The notes below the pieces were generated by a model. That model saw only the letters and a program-made list of their open reading frames with translations. It did no database searches and had not been told where the DNA came from. Shown in pieces: positions 46,001-56,565 of a DNA stretch of 64,000 bases (position 1 is the stretch's first letter; each line of letters begins with the position of its first letter). The stretch lies in assembly GCA_000091205.1 (NCBI GenBank), contig AP006492.2, one strand, 5' to 3'. The stretch is from Cyanidioschyzon merolae (lineage: Eukaryota). Position numbers and translations under genes: made by a program.

Positions 46001-46790
46001 GCGAACAGTTTGGCGACTCTACCAGCGCATCGATCGCTTTTTCGCTTGTGCGTCTATGCGACTGCCGTTTCGAGCGTTGCCGTTGACCATGATGCCCGGC
46101 GCTCGACACGTTTCGCCCGTCAGCGGTTTGGTGTTGCATGAGCTTCGTAAAGTACCGTAGAATACGACCATCTGCAGCACCAAGGACGATGCCAGCAAGG
46201 AATTGCAGCACTTTGCGTCCGTTTGGCGAATTGCATGCATCTGTTGCAGAACAGCACAACGTGAGCACATCTTGGGGTATGCGCGTCACAAGCTGCGCAC
46301 AAACACTCACAGCCGCCAGCTCGAGGTCACTCTCCGTGTGCTCCCTCGCCTCGGTCGGGTCATCGCAGCTGGCCGCTGTCTGCGACACGGGGCCAGCGCC
46401 GAGCGCCACAGGCCACGGCACACGATCAGCGCGCCGGGTTCGAGATTTGAGTTCGTATAGTTTAAATGCTTCATAGCGTGAGCGCAGGCGCCAATTGCGA
46501 GCACTGAGGCTGAGGAATCCGAGAGCGAACTCGCCACTCGGAGCTCGTTCTGCAGAGGATTGCTCGTGTCGGCGCGTGAACTCCTCAGCAAGCAGCACTG
46601 CGACTCGGGTGGCCTCAGACGGCTTCAACGATAAGATTTTCAGGTTCTCGAGGAGCGCGCACAACTGTGAAGCCAGAGAGCTGTCCACATCCTCGGCCGC
46701 GGTGCCCGCTGTACGAAGGCGCTCCAGCGTGGTGACCAGGCGTGCTGTCAGCGCTGGGGAACTCCTCGAGGCAAAAGCCTCTGAATTCAT
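43023..46790 (-). CDS. TBC-domain Rab GTPase-activating protein, large (>1250 aa), with extensive low-complexity regions
   Basis: TBC catalytic motifs: Arg finger LDIIDRDVTRTF (IxxDxxR) and Gln finger VGYCQGMSSITGAL (YxQ), followed by ITPMMFADKWYLTALLYNFPFPLVSRVWDALLLDG. The track ORF runs to 47027 but begins on GTG; the first ATG is at 46788-46790. An upstream exon is possible. Confidence 0.75.
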   Translation of the reverse strand: MNSEAFASRSSPALTARLVTTLERLRTAGTAAEDVDSSLASQLCALLENLKILSLKPSEATRVAVLLAEEFTRRHEQSSAERAPSGEFALGFLSLSARNWRLRSRYEAFKLYELKSRTRRADRVPWPVALGAGPVSQTAASCDDPTEAREHTESDLELAAVSVCAQLVTRIPQDVLTLCCSATDACNSPNGRKVLQFLAGIVLGAADGRILRYFTKLMQHQTADGRNVSSAGHHGQRQRSKRQSHRRTSEKAIDALVESPNCSPVTPGATDDDVGSEQSWDSHDAEGFIDPSLATDPNEAEFWDAFEYARVLAAANRSDASSCLRTASQRVVRLAEGNTDGRIEEAATPVQFPTAPESPLASAPRYLYTKPYRHSVLLPAEDSSTTIPEPSANIHAACQVRHPSMALSRCPIMSDADEQALILSDFPYHAAAYAFLHVLESCAAVSRPNPESMAATAADPLYLAFSTSLVLPAFAFVLRNDIMDRSSFCMRFPPLIMKKAFDTIRATNEPRFGALHRLWRQAGLGAFLAVAARRYSELGEIPLSMLATDAACVLAGKWEDCFGFLVTNRPESQLLDDDPLVQTPEQHAAGRRRSSSRGTQSERRASLRMRARRLDWRSRRPWRPFAAGLEGRDATAAAPEASTAIEDALQLAERLESSESARQQTEASARTGAAASDAAGPDTPTAATTSAPRNTKDQLTATLDSASIEAAPARLLRRTSSRHSHSLSGAEPAGEAARAPRPGATPIDEKASVVPAAPETLDTESVGPGRRLCCASMFAHTQRIPSEPPSTWLELLRAWRRFNESDEPRCPPELFRRTQRLVRRCGIPDRLRKYFWPLFLEVERRRGRSPPNWYRTLLRKATAAPDSSRADTTGSRGGAAASTMPAPGSGPVPREVLDIIDRDVTRTFCNHRLFWRGGAALGLGALRNILRAYACLDPAVGYCQGMSSITGALYIYAGGSEERCFFMLVQFMQGALQFREFFLPGFTRLCQSVEAFAWLLHRKLPRTARLLEAKGITPMMFADKWYLTALLYNFPFPLVSRVWDALLLDGHVKVLHRATLTLLKRAEHAGRLSPEIPFEDLLMYLQRGFATDKAVIPSIGVFMNDVWHSVSFSRRQLHPLEQAPETATGTRMQHCAPTGRRMLLFARFRQRMEAFRNAQKRKQQAHREAAMPRKTQARTEEEGSLRQVLAESVAAEQIASLHRTDSAITSLDSFYTEKGGWKRDPPPVCTERYRRRGMLFTLGHRMLPCVFPGDG

Positions 46791-47028
46791 CAGCGACCCG
46801 CCCGTTACAGCGTAGCTTGTCCACAGCTCCGCACGCGGCCAGGAAACCGACCTAGTTGAGGACTGTAGTGAGCCCCGCTGACACGCTTTGAAAACGCCCA
46901 GCAAAGCTAAGCGCTCGTGGGTGCGCTTCTGAGCCCTACCGCCCTGAATCCTGGTTCCCAGTGAGCACAAAGGTGCACCCGAGTCGCTCACGAGCAACAC
47001 CGGTTCGACTGTCACCAGACGAAACACC

Positions 47029-47046
47029 TGTGTGTGTGTGTGTGTG
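47029..47046. repeat. (TG)9 microsatellite
   Basis: tgtgtgtgtgtgtgtgtg, immediately 5' of the TBC-gene ORF. Confidence 0.9.
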
Positions 47047-48839
47047 CTGCAGTCAAAAGCACGTCCAGCTCGGTGCGGTGAAATCTGTCGCTCCGGGACA
47101 AGTGTTGCGCTAGATTGGCCCGCTTGTGAGCGAAACGGCCAGTCGTCAATCGCGCAGATTGTCCACTATGGGTGTCAATGGGCAGTTACGTGGCGCGGTG
47201 CTGTCGAAGCCGAGACGCGATTATCTGGCGGTGCCAAACATAGCTCCTATGTCCGTTAGGATCATATAGTTCCATAAATGCACTTTCCGCGATGCGCTTG
47301 GATCATGGACGTGCCTCCGGGGCGGGGGCGTATCGCGCGTTCGCGCTGGTGCCCCTCGAGCGCTGGTTCCGTTCTGCGGTACGCAGCGAGGCATCTGAAC
47401 GCGAGTCCGATCGATGCGGAACTCGGACACGTTCGCTCTGTTCCCGCGACTTGGTTTGTTCTCCGAAAATTTTCTAGATGCATAGTCCTGAAATTTGATG
47501 CGCAGCGAAAATCTATTATGGACTCATATGCAGTTCTCAGATGCTCGAACGTATTTTCGGATTAGGTTCTGTTGACGTTCTGCGACTGCTGGCAAGCGAT
47601 GCGTGACCGGAATCGAGATGATTCGCGGCGCACTCGAGCAAGGATTCATGAAATAGCTAATATTGCTGTGCAATGCATACGTTTTGGCGTTTACCTCTCT
47701 CCCTTTCTTACGTTTAACATGCGCACTTCGCACATTCATCGACGTTTGGATCTTTCTCTTTCAAGGCCAGTCGCGGGCGCAACGAAGCGCGGCCATGGAT
47801 TGACGCAGACAGCTACTGAAAATCGTCTGTAAACGACTTGCTCTCCAGCTCATCAAGAGAATTTGCAGAATGTGTCATGTCCAATAGCAATCTCCATTCG
47901 AAACACATACCTTCATTTGGTACAGGTTATCTGCAACACCGCATTTGGCAGCTGCATGATGGCTCTCACGAGATACGCTTCAAGAGGTTCGCGTCGCTTT
48001 TCTTTGTATGCAAAGGAGTGCTGCGCTCGAAATTTGGACATCGCAACGATGCTCTTCGGTAAACAGACCGTCACCGATATGTTGGAATGAAGTACCGACA
48101 GACTGAAATTTTATGGTTTGTTCCCTAGGCTGTTTGTTCCTTCCAGCACTTGTTTCATCCTGGAGAACATTGTGTTTTACGAATCCTCTATTGAATGAAA
48201 CAGCAAGCAGTCGCTTGTGCAAGTCGCAGAGACAACGCAGATACCTGCTGCATGCGCGGAAACATTGCAAGGCATTGCATGGCGCCACGTGCACCAGTCA
48301 AAGGCACGTATCGACCGATCATAGGAGCGTTCACGAGCCACCGGGTGCTGGTCAGATGAGCGGAGGGTTTCGCGGAAATGCGGGAACACCCGCACACAGT
48401 CAAGCCACCGCTGCGAAGACGCACCGATGCAGTATACAAAGATAGAGAGAATGACAAACGAAGCATAGATAGGGGCGGGTGACTCTGCATGAAATGCGTT
48501 GACCACAAGCGGAAGCAGCTCAGTGGGGACGTTAACGCTGCCATCAAGATTCCGCCAATGCTGATAGCGGAACTGGTGGGAATGCAGTTACCAACGTATT
48601 CGAATATGGAGACTCGTATGCGAAAAACAAGGTACAGTGGCAGCGGAACCCTGCAAACACCAGTATTGGTGCTAGAGCGCAGAAACAAAACCTATATTGT
48701 GTACGCCCGACTCTGCGAACCTGCTCTATGTTAACCGAACACGGCAGTATCCAGAATCCCTGAATGCGCTGCTGCGGTATGCAAGCCAATGAAACAGAAA
48801 ATGTCCAACGAGTTTCTAGGGTAAATGAATGACTACCCG

Positions 48840-50150
48840 CTGACGCCTTCCAGCCTTTTTCGACCGGCCGCCTGCTGTCAGCTTCAGTTTATCCAGGTAT
48901 ACACTGAGCTCGAGAGGCCGACCGAAAAACCTGCATCGCGTCAGTTTCAGAGGTCTCGTCTTCAGCACCGCACATCATCTGATACTGATTGCACCTTTCA
49001 AAGTCTCGGTTCATGAGCTCCTTGCGTTTTTACTGCCGCCGGCAGAATTCACCAGCGCAAGGACTCGTCGAACTCGTGCCCTCGGTGCCATTTCCCGCCC
49101 TGCCAGCTCTCTGTGCTTTTCTGTCGCCAAAACGGTCCGCTGGCTTCTCTCCATCTCGAACTTCAAAAGTGTACACCCTGGTTCATTCCTTATTCATGAA
49201 AATGAATGCACCCCTTTAAGCACTCGGGTGAGGAATTTCGCAGCAGGAGAGGCACTCGCGGAAGACAGACAAAATGTGCCCTGGCGTCACCGTGTCTTGA
49301 ACGCCTCGGCGATTCGTACAATGGACCGATCAACGCGTTTCACCATAGAAACCACTCCTCTTTATAGCGTTGAATCTCGGAGAGGACGGAAGAGTGAAAA
49401 GCAGCTGCACCCCGATAGAATCCGGAAAAGCCCAAACGCAAAGTGAATGCTGAAATACTACGTTGTACAGTAGAAGAACGTCGCCAGAGGTCCGGGGAAA
49501 AGTCTTTAACGAGTCGACAGCATTGCTGCTGTTCTACGAGACTTCTTTACAAGCGAAACTGAGGCCACCAAATGGATCCACTGCTGCTAGAATAGAAGAT
49601 GATAACCTGTATCTCTTCGAGTTCGGTCATAGACACAACGGGCTCCCTCTCTGCAAATACCCATGGACGTTCCGACCGTATCCTCTGAAGCAAGTCTCAT
49701 ACACTGAAAAAAATAATCGACGTTTCTCTGCATCATAGCGATCGCGACGTTTCAGGAACGCTGTCGCTGCGATTTCTGTGGAAGACAGTCGTGCGTGAAC
49801 GCGGACTTTGTTGTGACTGTATCCCAGTGTTTTGAGTACCACGTGAACAAGCTGTTGAGAAACAGAGACACTTGCTGTGTCTACGATCGTTGGTTTTACT
49901 TTCCATATGCTGATCAACGGTTCGTTTTCTATCATTGACGATGAGCAGTCTTTCATAATATTTTTTGCGCAAAGCGCATCTACATGTGCCTTTCAGTAAT
50001 CCTCAACCATCTAAGCACTATGATATGACTCACCTGAACAAGAAATACAGTCCTCCTTGCACAGTTTCGCACAGAATACATCCTAGAGAGATTTCGTCTA
50101 TGATCTGTACGGTACATTGCATTGTGGAGTCGATCGCCTGCTATCCACCA
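48840..50150 (-). mobile_element. Copy D of the TnpB/Fanzor-like repeat family (heavily degraded)
   Basis: DNA homology to copy B over more than 1 kb in the same orientation. Examples: gaggtctcgtcttcagcaccgcacat at 48960, ctcgaacttcaaaagtgtacaccc at ~49155 against B ~31810, cccagtgttttgag at ~49825 against B ~32415, and cagtcctccttgcacagtttcgcac at ~50050 against B ~32640. Minus-strand ORFs 49627..49956 and 49733..49972 carry LLIVNDRKRTVD and KCLCFSTACSRGTQNTGIQ, matching the A and B fragments. Confidence 0.45.
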
Positions 50151-51724
50151 TAGAATGGGTGGAGCAGTCTTGAGTTGAAAAAATTTTGGCTAGACATCTA
50201 CGGATATAACAGCACATAACAGTCATCGTTTTCGAGATCGAACGCGCGATCGCCTGGAACGCATCAGTCTCTGCACTGGTGTGTAGCGTCAGATTCTATG
50301 ATAGACGTTCACCTCTGTACGTTGGTGCAGCGTTGCAGCGATCGCACGCAGCAACTGCTTATCGATGAAGTTGCACACGTTTCGGTGGATGAGTACTCAG
50401 GGTCCAGAGGTAACGTTTGGGCAGGAGTGTTCGCGGAACCCGGAGCGCTCGGTTGCGTTTACGACGGGAGCGAGCTCGAGCGTGCGGTTCCTGGTCGCGC
50501 GCCCTTCACCACCAGCGCCTGCGCTGGCGCAGCGGGCCCGCAACCGCAGCGCTACTCGCTCAACGTCTGGAGCACGCTTTGCGTTGCCCCGCAGAGTCGC
50601 CTGTCACGGTGTGCAAGAACGAAGACGACTGCTCACGTGCCTGGCTGGACAGCCGGATAGAGCGCGGCACGAGTCCGAGGACAACTCGAACGCAGGCGGT
50701 GCGCCTGCCGATAAAACCGGCAACACCGGCGGAAGCATACCACAGCGCAATCCACAACATCAAGTACCAAAAAGCTTGATCGACTGGAACGAAGAATGGA
50801 AGGCGTTCGTGAGTGAGGGAAAAATCGACTGGAGCCAGCTGCCCCGGGAACGGCCGGCGCCAACCGTCTGGACACGCAGCTCTGCCCGAGTGCGCCAACT
50901 ATGGTCGCAGTTTAGAGCGAGAACACCTACCTGGCGAGAGGTTTCTCGTGATTGGCGCTTCTGGGTTGCGCTGCTGATCACGCTGTCAGTGCTGAGTTCG
51001 GTATGGACGTATTCTGACGTCTCGCATCATGAGTCGATCCCGCCAGGCGTGAGGGCCGCACTCGAAAACCTCACAGTACTCTACGCACTGGTCTGAGGCG
51101 TAACGTCTCGGACACGTTCGGCACCAGACAGGTGTATCTGTACGGTATCTTCGAATGGTTCGATCGTGCTGCAGGATGCTGAAAAAAACGATTGGTTTTG
51201 TGCTGTGGAGCCAATTGACGAAATTCATTACAGCGATTCCAGGACATCATAGCTTTGTAGGGCGCAGAATTCTGGAAGCTGCGATCGCGACCCAGATCGG
51301 ATGGAGAACCATAACCGGATACGAACGACCTCTTTTCCTAAACAGTACATCTCGTGGCCGTATCCGGCTGACGCAGGGGGTGGCTTTGATTTTGCGAGCG
51401 CTCATACAAGTAGTGCATGCGCAGCACTGGTTGTCGACAGATACCAACAGCGATGCGTCGCACTGTTGTGCAGCGTGCTGCCCCGGTATCCGCGTCATTG
51501 CAGATACCGCTGAACCCGGGAGTGGAGTGACCGGTACGTTATGGTGAGGATCGCGCTTACCCGGAACACAAAGAATCCTGCAATTCATGACAAGGGGCGG
51601 CGTCTGTGCGTACATATCCATGTCCAAAGCGAGAGCACTTGCCTCCAAGCCATAATTTTGTGTCCAGAAATCGCATCCGTGGTCTACAGCAGACGCGGAT
51701 AAGCGCAAGCGTCGAGACGCTGGC

Positions 51725-52255
51725 TTGACTCTATACCGGAACTACAACCTCGCATACACATGCAAGTACTGGTGGGAGGCGCTGGAATTCCCGGGACTTG
51801 CTCGAGGTACCCAGTGGCTCGCGAAAATCCGCGTTGATGGCTTCTGGCTACCAGCACGGGCTCTAAGCCGTATAGGGACACTGGAATCGCACTGGGAATC
51901 ACACTGTCCCTGCTATCGAGACGAAATCCCCGAGACGCTGACATATTTAGGCTTACAGTGCCCGCGCTGGAAGCAGGAGCGCAGCGAGCTCCTTGCAGGA
52001 CAGCAGCAGCTGGACATCACCGTGATAGGCGAAGGCCGGACAATCACTTTGAGTGCAGCACTGGCAACTGATGGTCCGCTAACCGAGCCTCAACGCTCAT
52101 TCGTGGCCAATAAACTCACATGCTACCTTCTAGGCAGCAGGTCCAGCGAAGCGGATGCGTACACGGGCACAGTGCGCTTTCTGCGCCTACCTTCTGTGGT
52201 GGGTGTCAAGCACAAATCCGCATTTCCAACCGACAACAACGCATTCCATGCATGA
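51725..52255 (+). mobile_element. Possible 5'-truncated non-LTR (LINE) retrotransposon fragment: the ORF2 C-terminal CCHC-like region
   Basis: CPCYRDEIPETLTYLGLQCPRWKQERSEL resembles the C-x2-C-x7-ET-x2-H-x4-C-P-x5-R motif at the C-terminus of many LINE ORF2 proteins. No RT motifs were seen upstream, so this is a fragment only. The local GC is lower than in the flanks. Confidence 0.3.
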
Positions 52256-52782
52256 TCACCAAGGAGGGAGGCGACTCCCTCGATTTATCCTAACAGCCAA
52301 GTTTCTCCAGCGTGTTGTGCAGCGAAGGCAAGCCTGCATCCGCAGACTGTCCGAGCACACACTGACGACGAGACCCGATTCTACGTCGGGTGAACCACGC
52401 CTTGAGCCGACGCCCTCTGGGGTATAGAAAAGCCGTTCTGTCTCTATGATGCATCTGTACCAAAGGTAAAGACGCCATTGCGGACTATCTTGGCAGGCAT
52501 TAGGTGTGCGATAGAACGTTTGAGACGACCAGTATATCCGAGAAAAAGTATAGGTAATGTAACTTGGACGCATTGGGTAGTATGATGAACGATTTCTCGA
52601 TGACCGTTAACCATTCCGCATTCTTCGATCCCTGATCCTTGTGAATGGTTTGTCATCGGAGAACAAAAACCATCCTCGTCAAGTGCACGGCGATTGATTG
52701 TATACAGCATTGCTGGGTGCTTTTCTGCAGCCGTTTGCGGGCAGTAGTTATGTGCTTCGTTTTCACATCGTGATTCTTTATC

Positions 52783-53382
52783 ATGAGCCAGGACTTGACT
52801 GCAGATGAGAAGCGAGTGCTCGCAAGCTTGCGTTCGGCCCGAGCGCAGGCGCTGGCTTGTCGTCAGCAGCTTGTTCTGTTGCAGGAACGGCTGCTCGTAG
52901 CACAGGGCGGTCCAGTGGAAACGCAAGTTTCCAGCAGCCTCGTAACACAATATGGCCTTGTGCTGCGGCTTTATGGTCTAGTATGGGCGGAAGTGCAGCG
53001 TCTCCTGGTCGAGTGCGAGTCGTGGCTCGTTGAGCCGGTTGTAGCATCGAGCCGCGTCCCGGAGCTGCTTCGAACACGACTCGACGTCCGCCTTGAGCAG
53101 TCCGACGAAGCACTCGAACGCGCAGCAGCCCGCTTCCTCACCGAGAGCAAATGGAGCTTGACTGAGCTCGAAATGCAAATCAGGGAACATAGCCAGTGCG
53201 TGCTGACTGCCGGCGAGTCGCTGACCGAGACACTGCGTGCGTTCGAGCTCGACGAACGGTACGTGGGACGGCAGGCGCTCTCACCAAGAGTCGGAGACAG
53301 CGAGCGACTATGGAGTGTTGAGGACCTGCTTCCAACGCTTCGAGCACTAGATTCGGGTTATGCACCGCCAGAAACTGGCTAG
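52783..53382 (+). CDS. Hypothetical coiled-coil-like protein (199 aa)
   Basis: ATG-initiated ORF with heptad-like Leu/Glu/Arg/Gln composition and no recognised motif; could be spurious. Confidence 0.2.
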   Translation: MSQDLTADEKRVLASLRSARAQALACRQQLVLLQERLLVAQGGPVETQVSSSLVTQYGLVLRLYGLVWAEVQRLLVECESWLVEPVVASSRVPELLRTRLDVRLEQSDEALERAAARFLTESKWSLTELEMQIREHSQCVLTAGESLTETLRAFELDERYVGRQALSPRVGDSERLWSVEDLLPTLRALDSGYAPPETG

Positions 53383-54372
53383 GATAGCGGGCAACGCCAA
53401 CGAATGCCTCGTTCGATACGAGGCACCCGCTCTCTGGCTTGCCGAGAGAGCCTCCTCTATGCTGCGATGACGTTGTGAACCTGTCGTGTTGACGGAGCAG
53501 ACACAGTCCTGTCACTGGCTGGCGGATACGTGCGCTCGGAACGGAACACGACCAGAAAAACAAACCCGTGGCGAAGCGTACACAGAGGTGGCAGTGTTTT
53601 GCGGCAAGCGCCGTGCATTCGCTCTCGAGCCACGACATCGAGTCCAGTAACTGAATAGATTCTAGAGTGTGCGATTTTGGCGCTAGTGCAATTGCTCTGG
53701 AGCATCGACATCGAGTCCATGAGTTGAGCATCTTCCAGACTATGCAAGTTTCGTGCTAGCTAGTGCGGGCGCTGAACGAGAATCGGAGTCCGCGCTATGC
53801 CGGCATACGAGCCCACGAGCGGGGAAGGCGGTCGACTCCGCGAACACTCTACATGAGCGGTGCCGCACCCGTTCCTGGGAATAGATGCGGAACGACGCGG
53901 TGGTGTCAATACGGTCGACGCGGACTCGGAATGCACGGAATCGGCCTCGTTGTATTCCCTATGAACGAATTCGTGCTTTATCCAAAAATCGACGCCTCGG
54001 GAAGCGCCGTTGCTATGAGGCTACCAGCCGGTAGCACCGGCACAAGCCGGCCACCGGATTTGTGTGCTGTTTGGGGTCAGCGACGGCGGATCCGTCCATG
54101 CGCTTCTTGGCGACGCGCGCTGGAGTTAGGTCCGATGGCGCATGGAGACGGACACCGCGCTGGACGCCCATGGACGGCATGGAAAGCACTTGCCTCGCCA
54201 GGATTTTCGCGAGGGTTCCAGTGGCGCAGTGCTCGCTCGAAACGCCCCTTATAGACACAGATTTGCCCTGTACTCTCGACAGAGCGTTTCGACTCGCATG
54301 TCGTAGTCGGTGCGCGCAGCGGCTCCACGGGCAGGCCACTGTGTGCGCTCCGCGAGCGAACCTCGCACCTGA

Positions 54373-55731
54373 TTATTGCGCATCGTACGCACCCATCTGT
54401 GTGTACTTTTGTACAACCAAATGATAGAGATTCTCCGCACGTGCCTGGCGCTTCTCCGACTTGCTTAGTGCCGGACTGATGCCTGCGTCGAGGTCGACTT
54501 GTGGCATTAGACTCATCCAGAGTCGTGCATAACTGACGACGCGCTGTTCGCCTTTCTCTTTTTCTACTTGATCTGGCGGCGGTAACATGTTGAAGGTGCC
54601 GATTGCCATCGGGTAGTAGTGACACGGACGACCTGCCTTCTCAGCCGATAGCCGGAAAAGCTCTATTGCGTCTGGATCAAAAGATGCACAGGTGACGCGT
54701 CCCGTTTCGGGGGAGCGTCGATCACGCCCCCCGCTGGGCGCAAACCAGACGCAGCGGCCTCCGTCGGCGAAGAGACGTTCCATTTCCCGCAGGGTCTTAC
54801 GATTGTGAGCCTGCTTCTCCGAACGCCGATCCGGCTCGTCTAAGATATGTTTTTTCGAGTACACCGTCAGCATGGAGCGACCGACGCTAAACGGCGCTGC
54901 TAGTGGATCGTCACGCACCCGATCACCGGCCATATACAGAATGCTCTCCGCGAGTGCTGCCCCAGATTCGCCGAAATGATGGCGAAACATATGGTAGATG
55001 GCAAAAGGATCGGCTTCGCTTTGATGATTCCCCACCAGGCATACGTTATCACCAGCTGCGAGCTGCGCTCGGATGCATGCGAACGACGCCTCCGAGGACG
55101 GATCCAGGTAGGAGCGTTGCAGATCACAAAGCGGTCGCGAAAATCTGTTTCCAAATGCGGTATAGTTGAACTCAGGTCCGCTCACAGCTTGATGATACGG
55201 CTTGAAATGGAAGGGGTGCTTCAGCTCATAGATAAGAATATCGAAAAGTGTTGAAAAGTTATCCGAGCACCAGCGTAAGACCTGCTTTGGGTCGGTTGAC
55301 GGACACCCGAACAGCACTAGCGCCCCGTCCGCAGCCGCGGCTAGCGCAGCTTTCTCGTACGATTCATACCAGCCGCGTAAAACTGAGCACGCTCTGGTGC
55401 TCAGAAGCGAACGTTGTCGGAAGAGCTCGAGACGCTCGAGAAACGTCAACTTGGGGTTCGCGTCCGAGAACAGCTTTCGGTCACAACAGGTAGGCGTCGG
55501 ACAAAGCAGCTCGATTGGAAAGCGAAAGCTTTCATTTTCCGCGGTCTGGGCAAAAAGTGTGCGCGCCCCGGGGGCATTCGATTCCGCAGCGAGCGCGACC
55601 CAGCGAGGCAGCGCACGCTTGCGTCTCTGTAACTGCCAGTGAAGTCGTTGCCGCGTTAACAACAAGGATAATTGACGCTTCGTTCGTTGTCTAGAACCTC
55701 TCAAACCGAAAGAAATACAAGACACCCACAT
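54373..55731 (-). CDS. Plastid-type soluble glycerol-3-phosphate acyltransferase (ATS1/GPAT, acyl-ACP dependent) with a transit-peptide-like N-terminus
   Basis: LVGNHQSEADPFAIYHM (the NHQSEADP motif of plastidial GPAT) and VWFAPSGGRDRRSPETG (the FIAPSGGRDR block). The track start at 55740 is GTG; the first ATG is at 55729-55731. The N-terminus is Arg/Ser-rich and lacks acidic residues. Confidence 0.8.
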   Translation of the reverse strand: MWVSCISFGLRGSRQRTKRQLSLLLTRQRLHWQLQRRKRALPRWVALAAESNAPGARTLFAQTAENESFRFPIELLCPTPTCCDRKLFSDANPKLTFLERLELFRQRSLLSTRACSVLRGWYESYEKAALAAAADGALVLFGCPSTDPKQVLRWCSDNFSTLFDILIYELKHPFHFKPYHQAVSGPEFNYTAFGNRFSRPLCDLQRSYLDPSSEASFACIRAQLAAGDNVCLVGNHQSEADPFAIYHMFRHHFGESGAALAESILYMAGDRVRDDPLAAPFSVGRSMLTVYSKKHILDEPDRRSEKQAHNRKTLREMERLFADGGRCVWFAPSGGRDRRSPETGRVTCASFDPDAIELFRLSAEKAGRPCHYYPMAIGTFNMLPPPDQVEKEKGEQRVVSYARLWMSLMPQVDLDAGISPALSKSEKRQARAENLYHLVVQKYTQMGAYDAQ

Positions 55732-56003
55732 GGAATGCACGTCTTCTGTTCTTGGAGAGGTTGCTTACACCTCCAAAGGACGCTAGTGCAGGTCCGCAGG
55801 AGGCGCACCCCTCGGCAGCATCGCCGATCGCCGTTGTCGGACGCCCTGTTGCCGTCCGAATTCGGCGGCATGCGCGAATTGCGGCTCGTGCTAGAAACTC
55901 TTTTGTCTACGCGGCTGGACTAGTGCCGAGGCGGAGCGCTCGCTCCAAGTACCCTTATCCGGAACCCAAACACGCTTGGGGCTCTGTCGCTTCGTCCAGG
56001 GGA

Positions 56004-56565
56004 CTAGCAGCGTCTGTTTGCGGTGATGATGACAAGCGCTTCCAGACTGCTCCCCATGCAGTGATTCCCCAAAAGTCTCTTCGAAGAAAACTTGACGGAC
56101 ACGCTTCTCCTCGACGGCTAGCAGCGTCTCTTTGCGGCGATGATGACAAGCGCTTCCAGACTGCTCTCTATGCGGAGATTCTCCAAAAGTCTCTTCGAAG
56201 AAAACTTGACGGACACGCTTCTCCTCGACGGCTAGCAGCGTCTCTTTGCGGTGATGATGACATGCGCTTCCAGACTGCTCCCCATGCAGTGATTCCCCAA
56301 AAGTGTCTTCGAAGAAAACTTGACGGACACGCTTCTCCTCGACGGCTAGCAGCGTCTCTTTGCGGCGATGATGACAAGCGCTTCCAGACTGCTCTCCATG
56401 CAGTGATTCCCCAAAAGTCTCTTCGAAGAAAACTTGACGGACACGCTTCTCCTCGACGGCTAGCAGCGTCTGTTTGCGGTGATGATGACAAGCGCTTCCA
56501 GACTGCTCTCCATGCAGTGATTCCCCAAAAGTCTCTTCGAAGAAGGCTTGAAAAACACGCATATA
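56004..56565. repeat. Minisatellite: ~5 tandem copies of a 114-bp unit
   Basis: Units start at 56004, 56118, 56232, 56346 and 56460 (ctagcagcgtct[g/c]tttgcgg[t/c]gatgatgaca[a/t]gcgcttccagactgctc...). All six frames are open across it, which is an artifact of the repeat. It lies ~270-830 bp upstream of the GPAT start. Confidence 0.85.
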
